Origin: an uncultured Chitinophagaceae bacterium
GTDB lineage: Bacteria > Bacteroidota > Bacteroidia > Chitinophagales > Chitinophagaceae
DNA length: 64,000 nt
Reading direction: 5' to 3'
NCBI GenBank assembly: GCA_963785915.1
Contig: CAWAWY010000005.1
Span: forward strand, 24,301 to 88,300
Below, piece by piece: positions 10,148-20,639 of the stretch. Position numbers and translations under genes: made by a program. Position 1 is the first letter of the stretch. Every line of letters starts with the position of its first letter. The notes below the pieces were generated by a model. The model did no database searches. It was not told the DNA's origin and saw nothing but the letters and a program-made list of their open reading frames with translations.

Positions 10148-11599
10148 ATGAAGATAGCTATAGCAAAAGGAGATGGAATTGGTCCGGAAATAATGGACGC
10201 CGTACTCAATGTTTTTCAGGCGAATAAAGTTCCATTATCGTATGAATACGTGGAAATGGGAAAATGGGTCTTTGATAAGGGTTTTTCCAATGGTATGACG
10301 CCGGATGCGAAAATTACGATCGAGAATCTTGGGATCTTGTTCAAAGGACCCATGGAAACGCCAAAAGGAAAAGGCGTCAAAAGTGTGAATGTAACAGCCA
10401 GGAAGACATGGAACACGTATGCCAATAAAAGGGTCTTTCAGACACTTCATGGTGTGGATACGGTTTTCAGTAAAGCTGCGATTCCCATTGATATCACAGT
10501 AGTTCGTGAAAATATCGAAGATACCTACGGCGGTATCGAGCACATGCTGACTCATGATGTCGCATTGAGTCGTCGCTTTATAACACGTCCCGGAAGTTTG
10601 CAAGTGATCAAGTATGCGTTTGAAATGGCAAAAAAGAAAAATGCAAGGCGAATTACCTGTGGTCACAAAGCAAACATCATGAAGATCACGGATGGTTTAT
10701 TTCTTGAATGTTTTTATGAAGTAGCTAAAGAGTATCCGGATCTAAAATCAGATGACGTGATAGTAGATGACCTGTGCATGAAATTAGTGACACGGCCTGA
10801 CACATTCGATGTGATCGTGCTGACCAATCTTCAGGGTGATATTGTTTCGGATCTTTGTGCAGGTCTTGTTGGAGGTCTTGGCTTTGCGCCTTCTGCAAAT
10901 ATTGGCGATCATATTTGCATTTTCGAGGCGGTGCATGGGACCGCTCCCGATATTGCAGGAAAAAATGTTGCTAACCCAACCGCGCTTTTATTAAGTGGAA
11001 TAGCTATGCTGCGCCATTTAGGTCTTATGCAAAATGCCGCCGTTATTGAAAATGCTTTGCTTTATACATTAGAACAAGGAATCCATACGGGCGATTTTGG
11101 CGATAAAAGCAGGGCCGCATTAAATACCACACAGTTTGCGGAAGCGATCATCAGTAATTTTGGTAAAGAACCAAAGATGAATGCAAAGCCATTATTGCCC
11201 AATATGCCGGCGACACCCACTCATTTCAAATTAGACAAAAACCCGATGCTTGTGTCTGCTGAAATGGAAAATGAAACTATTGCGGGAGTAGACATGTTTA
11301 TTGAAAGTGACGAGCAACCCGAAATAATTGCCCATAAGTGCCAGCGGCATGGAGGAGTGAAATTCAATATACTAAGCGTCAGTAATCGGGGCACGCAGGT
11401 TTGGCCGACCGGTTCAGTATTTACTAATCTTGTCAATCAGTATAATGTGCGTTTTGAAAGCATTGATGGCTCCCCACTCAATCAACAGGATATAATTGGT
11501 TTGTATGTAAGTTTAAGCGGCAATTTTAAAATTTGTTCATTAGAATTACTTAATAAATGGGGGGACAAGAAAGCCTATTCTTTGGCCCAGGGTCAATAA
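10148..11599 (+). CDS. icd: isocitrate dehydrogenase (isocitrate/isopropylmalate dehydrogenase family, long form)
   Basis: 483 aa containing VRENIEDTYGGIEH and NLQGDIVSDLCAGLVGGLG, with a C-terminal extension. Confidence 0.8.
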   Translation: MKIAIAKGDGIGPEIMDAVLNVFQANKVPLSYEYVEMGKWVFDKGFSNGMTPDAKITIENLGILFKGPMETPKGKGVKSVNVTARKTWNTYANKRVFQTLHGVDTVFSKAAIPIDITVVRENIEDTYGGIEHMLTHDVALSRRFITRPGSLQVIKYAFEMAKKKNARRITCGHKANIMKITDGLFLECFYEVAKEYPDLKSDDVIVDDLCMKLVTRPDTFDVIVLTNLQGDIVSDLCAGLVGGLGFAPSANIGDHICIFEAVHGTAPDIAGKNVANPTALLLSGIAMLRHLGLMQNAAVIENALLYTLEQGIHTGDFGDKSRAALNTTQFAEAIISNFGKEPKMNAKPLLPNMPATPTHFKLDKNPMLVSAEMENETIAGVDMFIESDEQPEIIAHKCQRHGGVKFNILSVSNRGTQVWPTGSVFTNLVNQYNVRFESIDGSPLNQQDIIGLYVSLSGNFKICSLELLNKWGDKKAYSLAQGQ

Positions 11600-11657
11600 A
11601 TATTTGAGATTTGAAATCTTATATTTTTATGTCACAATCGTTAAAGCACAATATCTA

Positions 11658-11897
11658 ATGTCCCGGGATACTCATAAATATACAAACGGCGAAGTAACCG
11701 TAATATGGAAGCCGAAAGTCTGCATTCATTCGACAAATTGCTGGAAAGGTTTGATCGAAGTTTTTAATCCGAAAGAAAAACCGTGGATCAAAATGGATGG
11801 TGCTACTTCGGAAAGAATTATTGAGCAGGTAAAAAAGTGTCCGAGTGATGCATTAAGTTATTTTATGAATAATGAAGATAATACCGAAGCAGGCTGA
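11658..11897 (+). CDS. small divergent Fe-S cluster-type protein
   Basis: Start moved to MSRDTHKYTNGEVTVIWKPKVCIHSTNCW. Also has a C-terminal KKCPSDAL motif. Confidence 0.5.
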   Translation: MSRDTHKYTNGEVTVIWKPKVCIHSTNCWKGLIEVFNPKEKPWIKMDGATSERIIEQVKKCPSDALSYFMNNEDNTEAG

Positions 11898-11905
11898 TTC
11901 ACAAT

Positions 11906-12250
11906 TCATCCAATCTTTTTTGTCTTTGCATAGCCGTTTTTAAGTAGCCACTGTAGCGATTTTTCTCTTTGATCGCCTTGTATAATGATTTCTCCATCTT
12001 TTGCGGAGCCGCCGGTTCCACAATAATTCTTGAGTTTTTTTCCTAAATCAACTAGGTCATTTTCGTTACCAGTAAAACCCGTGATCAAAGTAACGGCTTT
12101 GCCGGCTCTATGTTTTGTATCAAGCCTTATCTTTAAAATTTGTTGAGGAGGGGATGGTGTCTCAATATTTTTTTCTTCTTGTTTAAAAGAAAAATCGGGG
12201 TCGGTGCTATAGACAAATCCGCGACTGTCAGGTTTGTTCTTTTTACTCAT
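11906..12250 (-). CDS. yciH: translation initiation factor SUI1/YciH family
   Basis: 114 aa containing RLDTKHRAGKAVTLITGF and CGTGGSAKDGEIIIQGDQRE. Confidence 0.8.
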   Translation of the reverse strand: MSKKNKPDSRGFVYSTDPDFSFKQEEKNIETPSPPQQILKIRLDTKHRAGKAVTLITGFTGNENDLVDLGKKLKNYCGTGGSAKDGEIIIQGDQREKSLQWLLKNGYAKTKKIG

Positions 12251-12267
12251 CCTTAATTTCCTGTTTT

Positions 12268-13128
12268 CTATTTATTAATCACAGCTTTCAAACTCATATC
12301 AAGGCTCCTGGCCTGGTGTATCAGTGCACCAACACTTATATAATCAACTCCTGTGGCCGCAAAATCCTGTACATTATCCAGGTTGATACCTCCGCTTGCT
12401 TCGGTTTCAAATGTTCCATTGATCAATTTTAGAGCTTCCTTTATTTCAGCAGGATTAAAATTATCAAGCATGATCCGAAATATTTTTCCTTGCCCAAATG
12501 CAATTACTTTTTTTACATCCTCGATACTTCTTGTTTCTATCTCGATCTTTAATCCTGGTTTTTTTGTTTTTACATACTCATCAGCTTTTTGAATCGCATT
12601 TTCAATGCCGCCGCAAAAATCAATGTGATTATCTTTCAGCATGATCATATCGTATAAACCGAAACGATGATTAAATCCCCCGCCAATCTTTACAGCTTCT
12701 TTTTCCAGGAGACGGAAGTTTGGCGTTGTCTTTCTTGTGTCAAGCAGTTTAGTTTTGTAGCCTTTTAGTTTATCAACGTAGGCATTTGTTAACGTGGCTA
12801 TCCCGCTCATTCGCTGCATGCAATTCAACACTAATCGTTCGCATTGTAAGATTGTTTGCACGGAAGCTGACACTTCAAAAGCATTTTCCCCAGCCTTCAT
12901 CACGTCACCATCTTTTTTAAAAGCTTCAAAAAGAACTCCTTTTTCCCTGTATTCAAAAATTCTTTTCGCAACATTCATCCCCGCCAATATTCCGTCTTCT
13001 TTTATTTTCAATATTGCTTTACCTTTTTCGTCAACCGGAATACAGCAAAGGGTGGAGTGATCGCCATCACCAATATCTTCTTTCAATGCCTCATCTATCA
13101 AGTGCTGTAATTGCCGGTCAAAATTCAT
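12268..13128 (-). CDS. nadC: nicotinate-nucleotide pyrophosphorylase (carboxylating)
   Basis: 286 aa containing LLDTRKTTPNFRLLEKEAV, MLKDNH and MLDNF. Confidence 0.9.
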   Translation of the reverse strand: MNFDRQLQHLIDEALKEDIGDGDHSTLCCIPVDEKGKAILKIKEDGILAGMNVAKRIFEYREKGVLFEAFKKDGDVMKAGENAFEVSASVQTILQCERLVLNCMQRMSGIATLTNAYVDKLKGYKTKLLDTRKTTPNFRLLEKEAVKIGGGFNHRFGLYDMIMLKDNHIDFCGGIENAIQKADEYVKTKKPGLKIEIETRSIEDVKKVIAFGQGKIFRIMLDNFNPAEIKEALKLINGTFETEASGGINLDNVQDFAATGVDYISVGALIHQARSLDMSLKAVINK

Positions 13129-13140
13129 AATAGCAAAAAT

Positions 13141-13170
13141 AAAAAAAGCCTTCCCGATAAAAGGAAGGCT
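13141..13170 (-). terminator. rho-independent terminator after the 13192-13581 gene
   Basis: Stem agccttcc (13147-13154) pairs with ggaaggct (13163-13170). On the minus strand it is followed by a T-run (A-run at 13141-13147). Confidence 0.7.
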
Positions 13171-13191
13171 GTACTTATTTATTTAGTTCAA

Positions 13192-13581
13192 TTATTCTAT
13201 AGACTGGAAGCGTATTTCTTTCACAACTTCTTTTCCACCTTTCGCTTTCATGAATACATGGGCTCTGAAACTACCGGACTTGGTCTGCAAAGTACCAATG
13301 CAGTAATGACCCCCCGGTGAATCACCTTTGTGTTTTAATTCAAATCCCTTTACAGCATTGTTATCAAAAAAATCTTTCAGGATCACCTGGGCCTGCGCTT
13401 TGCTATAACTGTCGCTTTTAACGGGGAGCGTTAGCTCCACTACGTCGTCAAAATATTTTGACAAGCTTTCAGAATCGCCAGAACGCAATGCTCCGATCAC
13501 TTCGTCAATCGTACTCGGCTGAGTAAATGATGACATCATCACCATCGTAACAGCCATAAAAGATGTAAGTAATGATTTCAT
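13192..13581 (-). CDS. secreted DUF4783-like protein
   Basis: 129 aa with a signal peptide. Size and pattern fit the DUF4783 family. Followed by a hairpin terminator. Confidence 0.5.
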   Translation of the reverse strand: MKSLLTSFMAVTMVMMSSFTQPSTIDEVIGALRSGDSESLSKYFDDVVELTLPVKSDSYSKAQAQVILKDFFDNNAVKGFELKHKGDSPGGHYCIGTLQTKSGSFRAHVFMKAKGGKEVVKEIRFQSIE

Positions 13582-13778
13582 AATTTAAGTTTTCACAGGT
13601 TATTTAATCTAAAAATATGCCACACCATTTTTCACTCTTCCAACAGAATACTAAAGTACTAAAAACCGCCATTTTATCATCTTTCTCAATGCAAATACAT
13701 TATTTGAATGTAGTTTTACACCGCAATGCCCCTGAAAATGAGTGTATTTGTACGAAACACGTAAACTCTTGTTAATCA

Positions 13779-15308
13779 ATGGCGCAAAAAAAAGTTATTC
13801 TTGTTATCATGGACGGATGGGGCCTGGGTAAAGTTGCATCTGCTGATGCTATTCAAAACGCCAATGTTCCGTTTACCAAATCATTATATGCAAAATATCC
13901 CAATACTACTTTGACCACCTGCGGAGAATTAGTAGGGCTTCCTGATGGGCAAATGGGAAATTCCGAAGTAGGACATCTCAACTTAGGAGCGGGACGAATA
14001 GTTTACCAGGAATTACAACGAATTAATGTCGCTGTTAGGGATGGGTCGTTAGCAGCCAATGAAATTTTTTTGAATTCAATCCGCTATGCAAAATCAAATG
14101 GTAAAGCTCTTCACCTTTTAGGCCTCGTCAGCAATGGTGGCGTGCATTCTCACATCAATCACTTGAAAGCTATTGTTGATGTTTGCAAAGCTGAGGGCCT
14201 GGGAGATGTTTTTATCCATGCTTTCACAGATGGGCGCGATTGCGATCCAAAAAGTGGTTTAGGATTTATTAAAGAATTGCAGGCGCATTTGAACAAAACC
14301 GTTGGTAAAATCGCCAGTGTCAGTGGAAGATACTATGCAATGGATAGAGACAAACGTTGGGAAAGAATAAAGAAGGCTTATGATGCATTGGTAAATGGTA
14401 TAGGTCAAAAAGCTACTGATGCAATTGCCGCCGTCGAACAATCCTATAAAAATAATGTTACCGATGAATTTATTCTTCCATCTGTAATTATTAATGAAGG
14501 TCAACAACCCCTTGCTACCATCCAGGATGGAGATGCCGTATTGTGTTTTAATTTCAGAACAGATCGGTGCCGGGAAATAACGCAGGTGTTAACCCAAATG
14601 GATCTTCCGGAATTTGACATGCATAAATTATCACTCCATTATACAACAATGACGCAATATGATCATAGCTATAAAAATGTAAATGTGATTTTTGAGAATG
14701 AAGATCTAAAAAACACTATTGGTGAAGTATTGGAAAAAAATGGATTAAAACAAATCCGGATCGCAGAAACCGAAAAATATCCTCATGTAACTTTTTTCTT
14801 TAGTGGCGGACGTGAAATTCCTTTTGATGGTGAAAAGAGAATATTAATACCCTCTCCTAAGGTTGCTACATACGATCTGAAACCCGAAATGAGCGCCTTT
14901 GAAGTAACGGATGCCTTGATACCAGAAATTGAAAATAAGACAGCAGATTTTATCTGCCTGAATTATGCCAATACAGATATGGTCGGACACACAGGTGTTT
15001 GGCAAGCTGCTATTAAAGCCGCGGAAACTGTTGACAAATGTGTAGAGCGTATTGTGACTGCAGGGCTAAAAAACGGATACACTTTTTTTCTGACCGCCGA
15101 TCATGGCAATTCAGACTACATGATAAATGAGGATGGCACACCAAATACCGCACATTCGTTAAACCCCGTTCCTTTGTTTGTAATTGATAAAGATTGGCGG
15201 GGAGGCTTACAGCCCGGAAAGCTCGGTGATGTTGCGCCAACGATCTTAACTATGATGGGACTATCTATTCCCGAAGAAATGACAGGAGAAATTTTGATAG
15301 CTAAATAG
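13779..15308 (+). CDS. gpmI: 2,3-bisphosphoglycerate-independent phosphoglycerate mutase
   Basis: 509 aa containing LVIMDGWG, GNSEVGHLNLGAGR and ADHGN. Confidence 0.9.
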   Translation: MAQKKVILVIMDGWGLGKVASADAIQNANVPFTKSLYAKYPNTTLTTCGELVGLPDGQMGNSEVGHLNLGAGRIVYQELQRINVAVRDGSLAANEIFLNSIRYAKSNGKALHLLGLVSNGGVHSHINHLKAIVDVCKAEGLGDVFIHAFTDGRDCDPKSGLGFIKELQAHLNKTVGKIASVSGRYYAMDRDKRWERIKKAYDALVNGIGQKATDAIAAVEQSYKNNVTDEFILPSVIINEGQQPLATIQDGDAVLCFNFRTDRCREITQVLTQMDLPEFDMHKLSLHYTTMTQYDHSYKNVNVIFENEDLKNTIGEVLEKNGLKQIRIAETEKYPHVTFFFSGGREIPFDGEKRILIPSPKVATYDLKPEMSAFEVTDALIPEIENKTADFICLNYANTDMVGHTGVWQAAIKAAETVDKCVERIVTAGLKNGYTFFLTADHGNSDYMINEDGTPNTAHSLNPVPLFVIDKDWRGGLQPGKLGDVAPTILTMMGLSIPEEMTGEILIAK

Positions 15309-15333
15309 TAATTTAAGCCGCTAAAAAATCATT

Positions 15334-15819
15334 ATGGTAAAAAAAATATTGCTTTTCCTATTGCTTGCTTTTATCGTTATTCAATTTATACATCCTAAGC
15401 CAAACAAATCCCAGGGTGATCAGCCAAATCAAATAGGTAAAATGTATGATGTACCTGAAAACGTAAAAAGTATTCTTGTAAAGGCATGTAATGACTGTCA
15501 TACAAATAATACGAGATATCCCTGGTACAGCAATATCCAACCGGTTGATTGGTGGCTTACTAATCATATTAAAGAAGGAAAGGCTCATTTGAATCTCGAT
15601 GAATATACCAAACGTCCTCTTCGTTATCAATATCATAAAATGGAAGAAATTGTTGAGCAGGTAAAAGAAGGTCACATGCCATTAAATTCATATTTGTGGA
15701 TCCACAAAGATGCAAAGCTAAACGATGCTGAAAAAACAACGATCACCGATTGGGCCGATGGAATAAGAGAGATCATGGAAGCAAAATATCCAATAGACAG
15801 CCTGAAGCGAAAAAAGTAA
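15334..15819 (+). CDS. heme-binding domain-containing protein
   Basis: 161 aa with an N-terminal TM, a CNDCH heme-binding motif and LPLNSYLWIH. Confidence 0.6.
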   Translation: MVKKILLFLLLAFIVIQFIHPKPNKSQGDQPNQIGKMYDVPENVKSILVKACNDCHTNNTRYPWYSNIQPVDWWLTNHIKEGKAHLNLDEYTKRPLRYQYHKMEEIVEQVKEGHMPLNSYLWIHKDAKLNDAEKTTITDWADGIREIMEAKYPIDSLKRKK

Positions 15820-15881
15820 GGCAAAAATTTTTAATTATATCCTGAATTTTTACAATTCGATGCAGCATTTGTATTCAAAAA

Positions 15882-16491
15882 ATGTCTAAATTACAGGCAA
15901 CCAAAGGACTTATGACCGAGGAAGCCATTTTAAAAGGTTGTTTGAATAATGAGGCCTCTGCGCAGCGTGAACTGTACAATCGCTACAGTTCTAAAATGCT
16001 TGCCGTTTGTTATCGTTATGCACACAGCCGGGAGGATGCAGAAGACATGCTGCAGGAGGGCTTTATCAAGGTCTTTTTACAGATGCATACATTCGAAAAT
16101 CGCGGCGCATTTGAAGGGTGGGGTTCGACGTATCATCGTTCACACCTGCATCAACATCCTCAAAAAAAATAAGAAGTTCAATGAAAGTGTTGATATAATT
16201 CACGCTACGGGTGTGCAGGTAAGAGAAGACAGTGTGCCGGCCATTATTCAGGCCAAGCAGGTAGTGGAATGTATAAGATTACTTCCAATAGGTTATCGGA
16301 CAGTGCTGAACCTGTATGCAATTGAAGGGTACAGTCATCGTGAAATAGCCGGGATGTTAGACATTGAAGAAAGTACAAGCAGGAGTCAGTACACAAGAGC
16401 TAAGGCAATGCTTGAAGATATATTGATAAGAAAAAAGATCTTACAAAAACCAAAACAAGATATAGACTGGCTTGTGGCTGTTAGCCAGTGA
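15882..16491 (+). pseudogene. ECF-type RNA polymerase sigma-70 factor, frameshifted (or sequencing error)
   Basis: Two ORFs (15882-16172 and 15949-16491) join as ...FEGW|VRRIIVHTCINILKK... if one G is dropped from the GGGG run at 16120-16123. Regions 2 and 4 are recognisable (YRTVLNLYAIEGYSHREIA). Confidence 0.75.
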
Positions 16492-16524
16492 GAGAGTTTT
16501 CGTATCCTGAATAAGTAACTGGTT

Positions 16525-17923
16525 ATGGAAAAGAATTTCAATAACGGAGATTTTGAGCAATATGTAAAAAGGAATGCCGATCAATACCGGATGATCCCCT
16601 CTGGAAAAGGTATGGAAGGGTATCAGCAATAGTTTACATATCCGCAGAAAATGGTATGGCTTCGGTCTCGCCCTGTTATTATTGTTGACCGCTGTTTCGG
16701 TTACATGGGTCATGATGAGTTACCCGGTTTCAAAAAAGCAAGAAAGCATTTCTCCCCAAAACTTACAACCTGAACGCAATAAGGAACAGGTTCCCATCGC
16801 TTCCGTTTCCAGCGATATCAATAAAACACAAAACCTAAATCTTCCCGATAATCAGTTTGACCTTGGTGTTACAGGTAGATCGCCATACCAACCGACTGAT
16901 TTTAACTATGCTGATCCGGAACTTTTGCAGAATGTAGATATTAATGTGAGCGCCCCGGCTTTTATGCAAAAAACAGATAGATCGCCGGAATCTACGGTTG
17001 TTCCTGATCGCTTTGCTGTTCCAATGACAATAACAAGCAGTAGCAGTTCCGACTTTGTGGCGACTGACAAAAGAATTCCGACAAATTATCCCATAACATT
17101 TTCAACGAGCAAAGTTGACGGAAGCAAATCTGTTTTGTATCCGTTAAATATCGAGACCAATACTTCTCATACCAAAAAACCCGGTATCAGGTTGATATGG
17201 CAATTGTATTTTGCTCCCACGATCAGTTATCGCAAATTAAGTGTAAATAAATCCTACCGTGCTCCTTCACCGTTTAGCCCGGGAGGTTATCCATTTGTTT
17301 TACTAAGAGATGTGAATAGTGAGGTAGTACATAAACCGGATATGGGTTTGGAGCTTGGTTTATTAACCAAATATCCGCTTGCAAAGAACCTGAAATTAAC
17401 CGGTGGGTTACAATTCAATATAAACCGATATGATATTAAAGCGTTTTCCTATTATGGAGAAACGGCAACAATCAACCTGAACGGAGGAAACGGCAATAAT
17501 TCTCTGACAGCCTGGACTTATTATCGCAACTACAATGGCTACAAGTCTGATTGGTTGAAAAATTATTATTTCTCTGTTTCCGCTCCTATTGGAGCCGAAT
17601 TAAGGCTATTTGGAAATGATAAAACCAATTTCGGAATTGCAGGCACGGTTCAACCTACATATATCTTAAAGGATAGAGCTTTTCTGATCTCAACTGACTA
17701 TAAGAACTATCTTGAAGTTCCAAGGCTTGTTCGCCATGTGAATTTAAATACCAGCCTGGAAACATATATTAGTTATAGTTCCCGAAATTCCAAGACCAGG
17801 TGGCAAATAGGCCCGCAAGTACGTTATCAGGTACTATCCAGCTTCCAAAATCAGTATCCTGTTAAGGAAAACCTGTTTGATTTTGGTTTAAAAGTTGGCG
17901 TTACAGTTAATAATCATAAGTAA
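16525..17923 (+). pseudogene. membrane-anchored protein downstream of the ECF sigma (putative anti-sigma-like N-terminus plus large C-terminal domain), frameshifted
   Basis: ATG at 16525 gives MEKNFNNGDFEQYVKRNADQYRMIPS..., then a +1 indel near 16603-16608. The text continues as ..KVWKGISNSLHIRRKWYGFGLALLLLL (TM) into ORF 16682-17923. Confidence 0.5.
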
Positions 17924-18010
17924 CTCATTCAATATTTTTTCTTAATAAATATCCCGGCGCTGCTTAGTACCGGGATATTTATTTCCATGCCCTTGCGTTA
18001 AATTTGGAAC

Positions 18011-18586
18011 ATGAAAAAACATCAATCCGGAGTTATAGTAAGCTTAGTCTTACTTTTATTTTTGAGTTGCCGCGGGGAAGAAAAAACTGAATCTTTTTTT
18101 CCCGTCAATTCAATTATCCAGGGTCAACTAAACGATATAGATACTTCTTTATATTCAATCATTAAAATAACCTACATAGATAGCATTCGAAGTGACACTG
18201 ACTACATAAGGCGGGAAGAGATTCGGGGCCTTGCCGCCGATTTTCTTAGCATTCCGGAATTGACCAAGAAAAAATATACAGAAGAAAACATTGCCGGACC
18301 ACTTGACGGTGTATCCACTTTTACTTACAGGCCTATTCATCCTGATAAAGAAGAGTTAAAGCAAGTTGACCTGATCATTGATCCCTCACTGGAAACAGAA
18401 GGAAAAAGCCAGATAACAACAATTATCTTAGAAAAAATGTATTCAAATAAAGATAGTTTGGTAGAAAAAAAACTCCTTTGGCAAACTGACAAAAGCTTCC
18501 AGGTGACTACGTTGAAACAATTACCCGGGCAACCGGAAGTCTATTCTTCTTACAAGGTAATTTGGAGCGGAGTGAATGACGAATGA
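18011..18586 (+). CDS. lipoprotein, unknown function
   Basis: 191 aa with a lipobox (LLFLSCRGE). Its stop overlaps the uvrC start by 4 nt. Confidence 0.4.
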   Translation: MKKHQSGVIVSLVLLLFLSCRGEEKTESFFPVNSIIQGQLNDIDTSLYSIIKITYIDSIRSDTDYIRREEIRGLAADFLSIPELTKKKYTEENIAGPLDGVSTFTYRPIHPDKEELKQVDLIIDPSLETEGKSQITTIILEKMYSNKDSLVEKKLLWQTDKSFQVTTLKQLPGQPEVYSSYKVIWSGVNDE

Positions 18587-20380
18587 CCCCAGTCGGATTT
18601 CAAAATATAGCTTCCTCTATTCCCCAGGAACCGGGGATCTACAAATATTATAACAACCAAAATGAATTAATATATGTAGGGAAGGCAAAGAATATCCGCA
18701 AACGGGTTGCCTCCTATTTCAATAAAACGTTTACGACCTATAAGACGCACGAGCTTGTTCAGCGTATCGAGCGCATTGAGTTCACTATTGTCAATTCGGA
18801 ACAGGATGCCTTCCTCCTGGAAAATTCATTGATCAAACAATTTCAGCCTGTTTTTAATATTAATCTTAAAGATGATAAATCATATCCCTATATAGTTATA
18901 AAAAAGGAGCCATTCCCCCGGGTTTTTCTCACACGTAAAAAAATTGATGACGGTTCAGAATATCTTGGTCCTTATACTTCAGTAAAAAAAGTAAGGGAGC
19001 TATTAAATTTTATCAGGCAAACAATTCAATTGCGTACCTGCTCTCTGAACCTGACTTCAAAAAATATTGAAAAAGGGAAGTTTAAGGTTTGCCTTGAATA
19101 TCATCTCGGCAATTGCAAAGGGCCCTGCGAAGGGCTGCAAAATGAAGAAGATTATAATAACAATCTTACTCTGCTCAAAAATCTATTGAGAGGTAATCTG
19201 TCACCCGTCATACGCCACTATAAAGAAGAGATGAAACAACTAGCAGCCGATCTTTCTTTTGAAAAAGCGGAGCTCGTCAGAAAAAAAATCGACTTCCTTG
19301 AAAATTACCAGGCCCGTTCGGTGGTTGCTAATGTCAAAGCAGGTGATATGGACGTTTTTTCCATTGTAAAAGAAAAAGATATAGCATTTGTCAACTACCT
19401 GATGGTTCGGAATGGTACGATTGTCCAGACTCAAACCAATAAAGTAGAAACACATTTAGATGAAACACCGGAAGAGATCCTTAGCTTTTCTGTTGCGCAG
19501 TTACGGGAAAAGTTTAACAGTGATGCGATGGAAATCATAATCCCCTTTTCTATTGATTATCCCGAACAGGATATTACTATAACGATTCCAAAAGGTGGTG
19601 ATAAGAAAAAGCTTCTTGAGCTTTCAGAGAAGAATGTCAATTATTTTATCGGGGAAATTAAAGAATAAGGAGCGGCTAAAGTTGACAAAAAATGTGGACC
19701 AGGTAAAAGTATTAGAGCAGCTTCAATCTGATCTGCAGTTACCTGATCTACCGGTTCAGATCGAGTGTTTTGATAACTCTAATTTCCAGGGCAGCTATCC
19801 TGTGTCTGCGATGGTAAGCTTCAAAAACGGTGAACCAAGTAAAAAAGATTATCGCCATTTTAATGTAAAAACTGTCGAGGGGATCAATGATTTTGCTACC
19901 ATGAAAGAAGCCGTTTTTCGTCGTTATCGGAGGCTCCGGGACGAAGAACAACCTTTTCCCCAACTTATTATAATTGACGGGGGCAAAGGGCAGCTTAGCG
20001 CCGCTGGAGAAGCAATGAAAAAATTGGATACAGCAGGACGATCAACAATGATCGGCTTGGCCAAAAATGAAGAAGAGATATTCTTTCTGAGCGACAAAGA
20101 ATCTCTAAAGCTCCCTTATAACAACGACAGCTTAAAACTTATACGCCGTATACGGGATGAAGTGCACCGCTTTGGAATTAGTTTTCACCGAAAAAAGAGG
20201 AGCAAGGGAACATTTAAAAATGAATTGGAGGATATTCCCGGCATCGGCAATGCCACGGCAGATCTGCTGCTAAAAACATTTAAATCGGTAAAAAATATCA
20301 GAGAGAAAAGCCCGGAAGAATTGGAGCAATTTATTGGTAAAGCAAAAGCGGGAATCGTTTTCAATTATTTTAATAAGTGA
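18583..20380 (+). pseudogene. uvrC: excinuclease ABC subunit C, frameshifted (or sequencing error)
   Basis: ORF 18583-19668 (GIY-YIG: PGIYKYYN, YVGKAKNIRKR) and ORF 19595-20380 (RNase H-like and HhH C-terminus) join as ..NYFIG|KLKNKERL.. if one G is dropped from the GGGG run at 19651-19654. Confidence 0.85.
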
Positions 20381-20436
20381 TATATACTTTTAACGACTTT
20401 AGGCTCCCTTGTAGTGGAATATTGAAGAAAAAAAAT

Positions 20437-20467
20437 GGGGCCAGGATAGAAATCCAGCCCCGTTTTT
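20437..20467 (+). terminator. rho-independent terminator after uvrC
   Basis: Imperfect hairpin ggggccagg...ccagcccc followed by gttttt. Confidence 0.6.
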
Positions 20468-20583
20468 AAAATCCAATATCCTATGAAAAACCGAGACGAA
20501 AATACAACAATTATCCAATTTTCCTATAGTGATTCTACGATTCCGGAAAGATTTTTTAAACAATTCACACCGATAGACTTAAA

Positions 20584-20612
20584 TAAAAAATGCCCTATTG
20601 AAAGGGCATTTT
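20584..20612 (-). terminator. rho-independent terminator after gldN (bidirectional shape)
   Basis: Stem atgccct (20590-20596) pairs with agggcat (20603-20609). It is flanked by an A-run upstream and a T-run downstream. Confidence 0.7.
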
Positions 20613-20639
20613 AAATAAATATTTTATGACATGTAAGGA

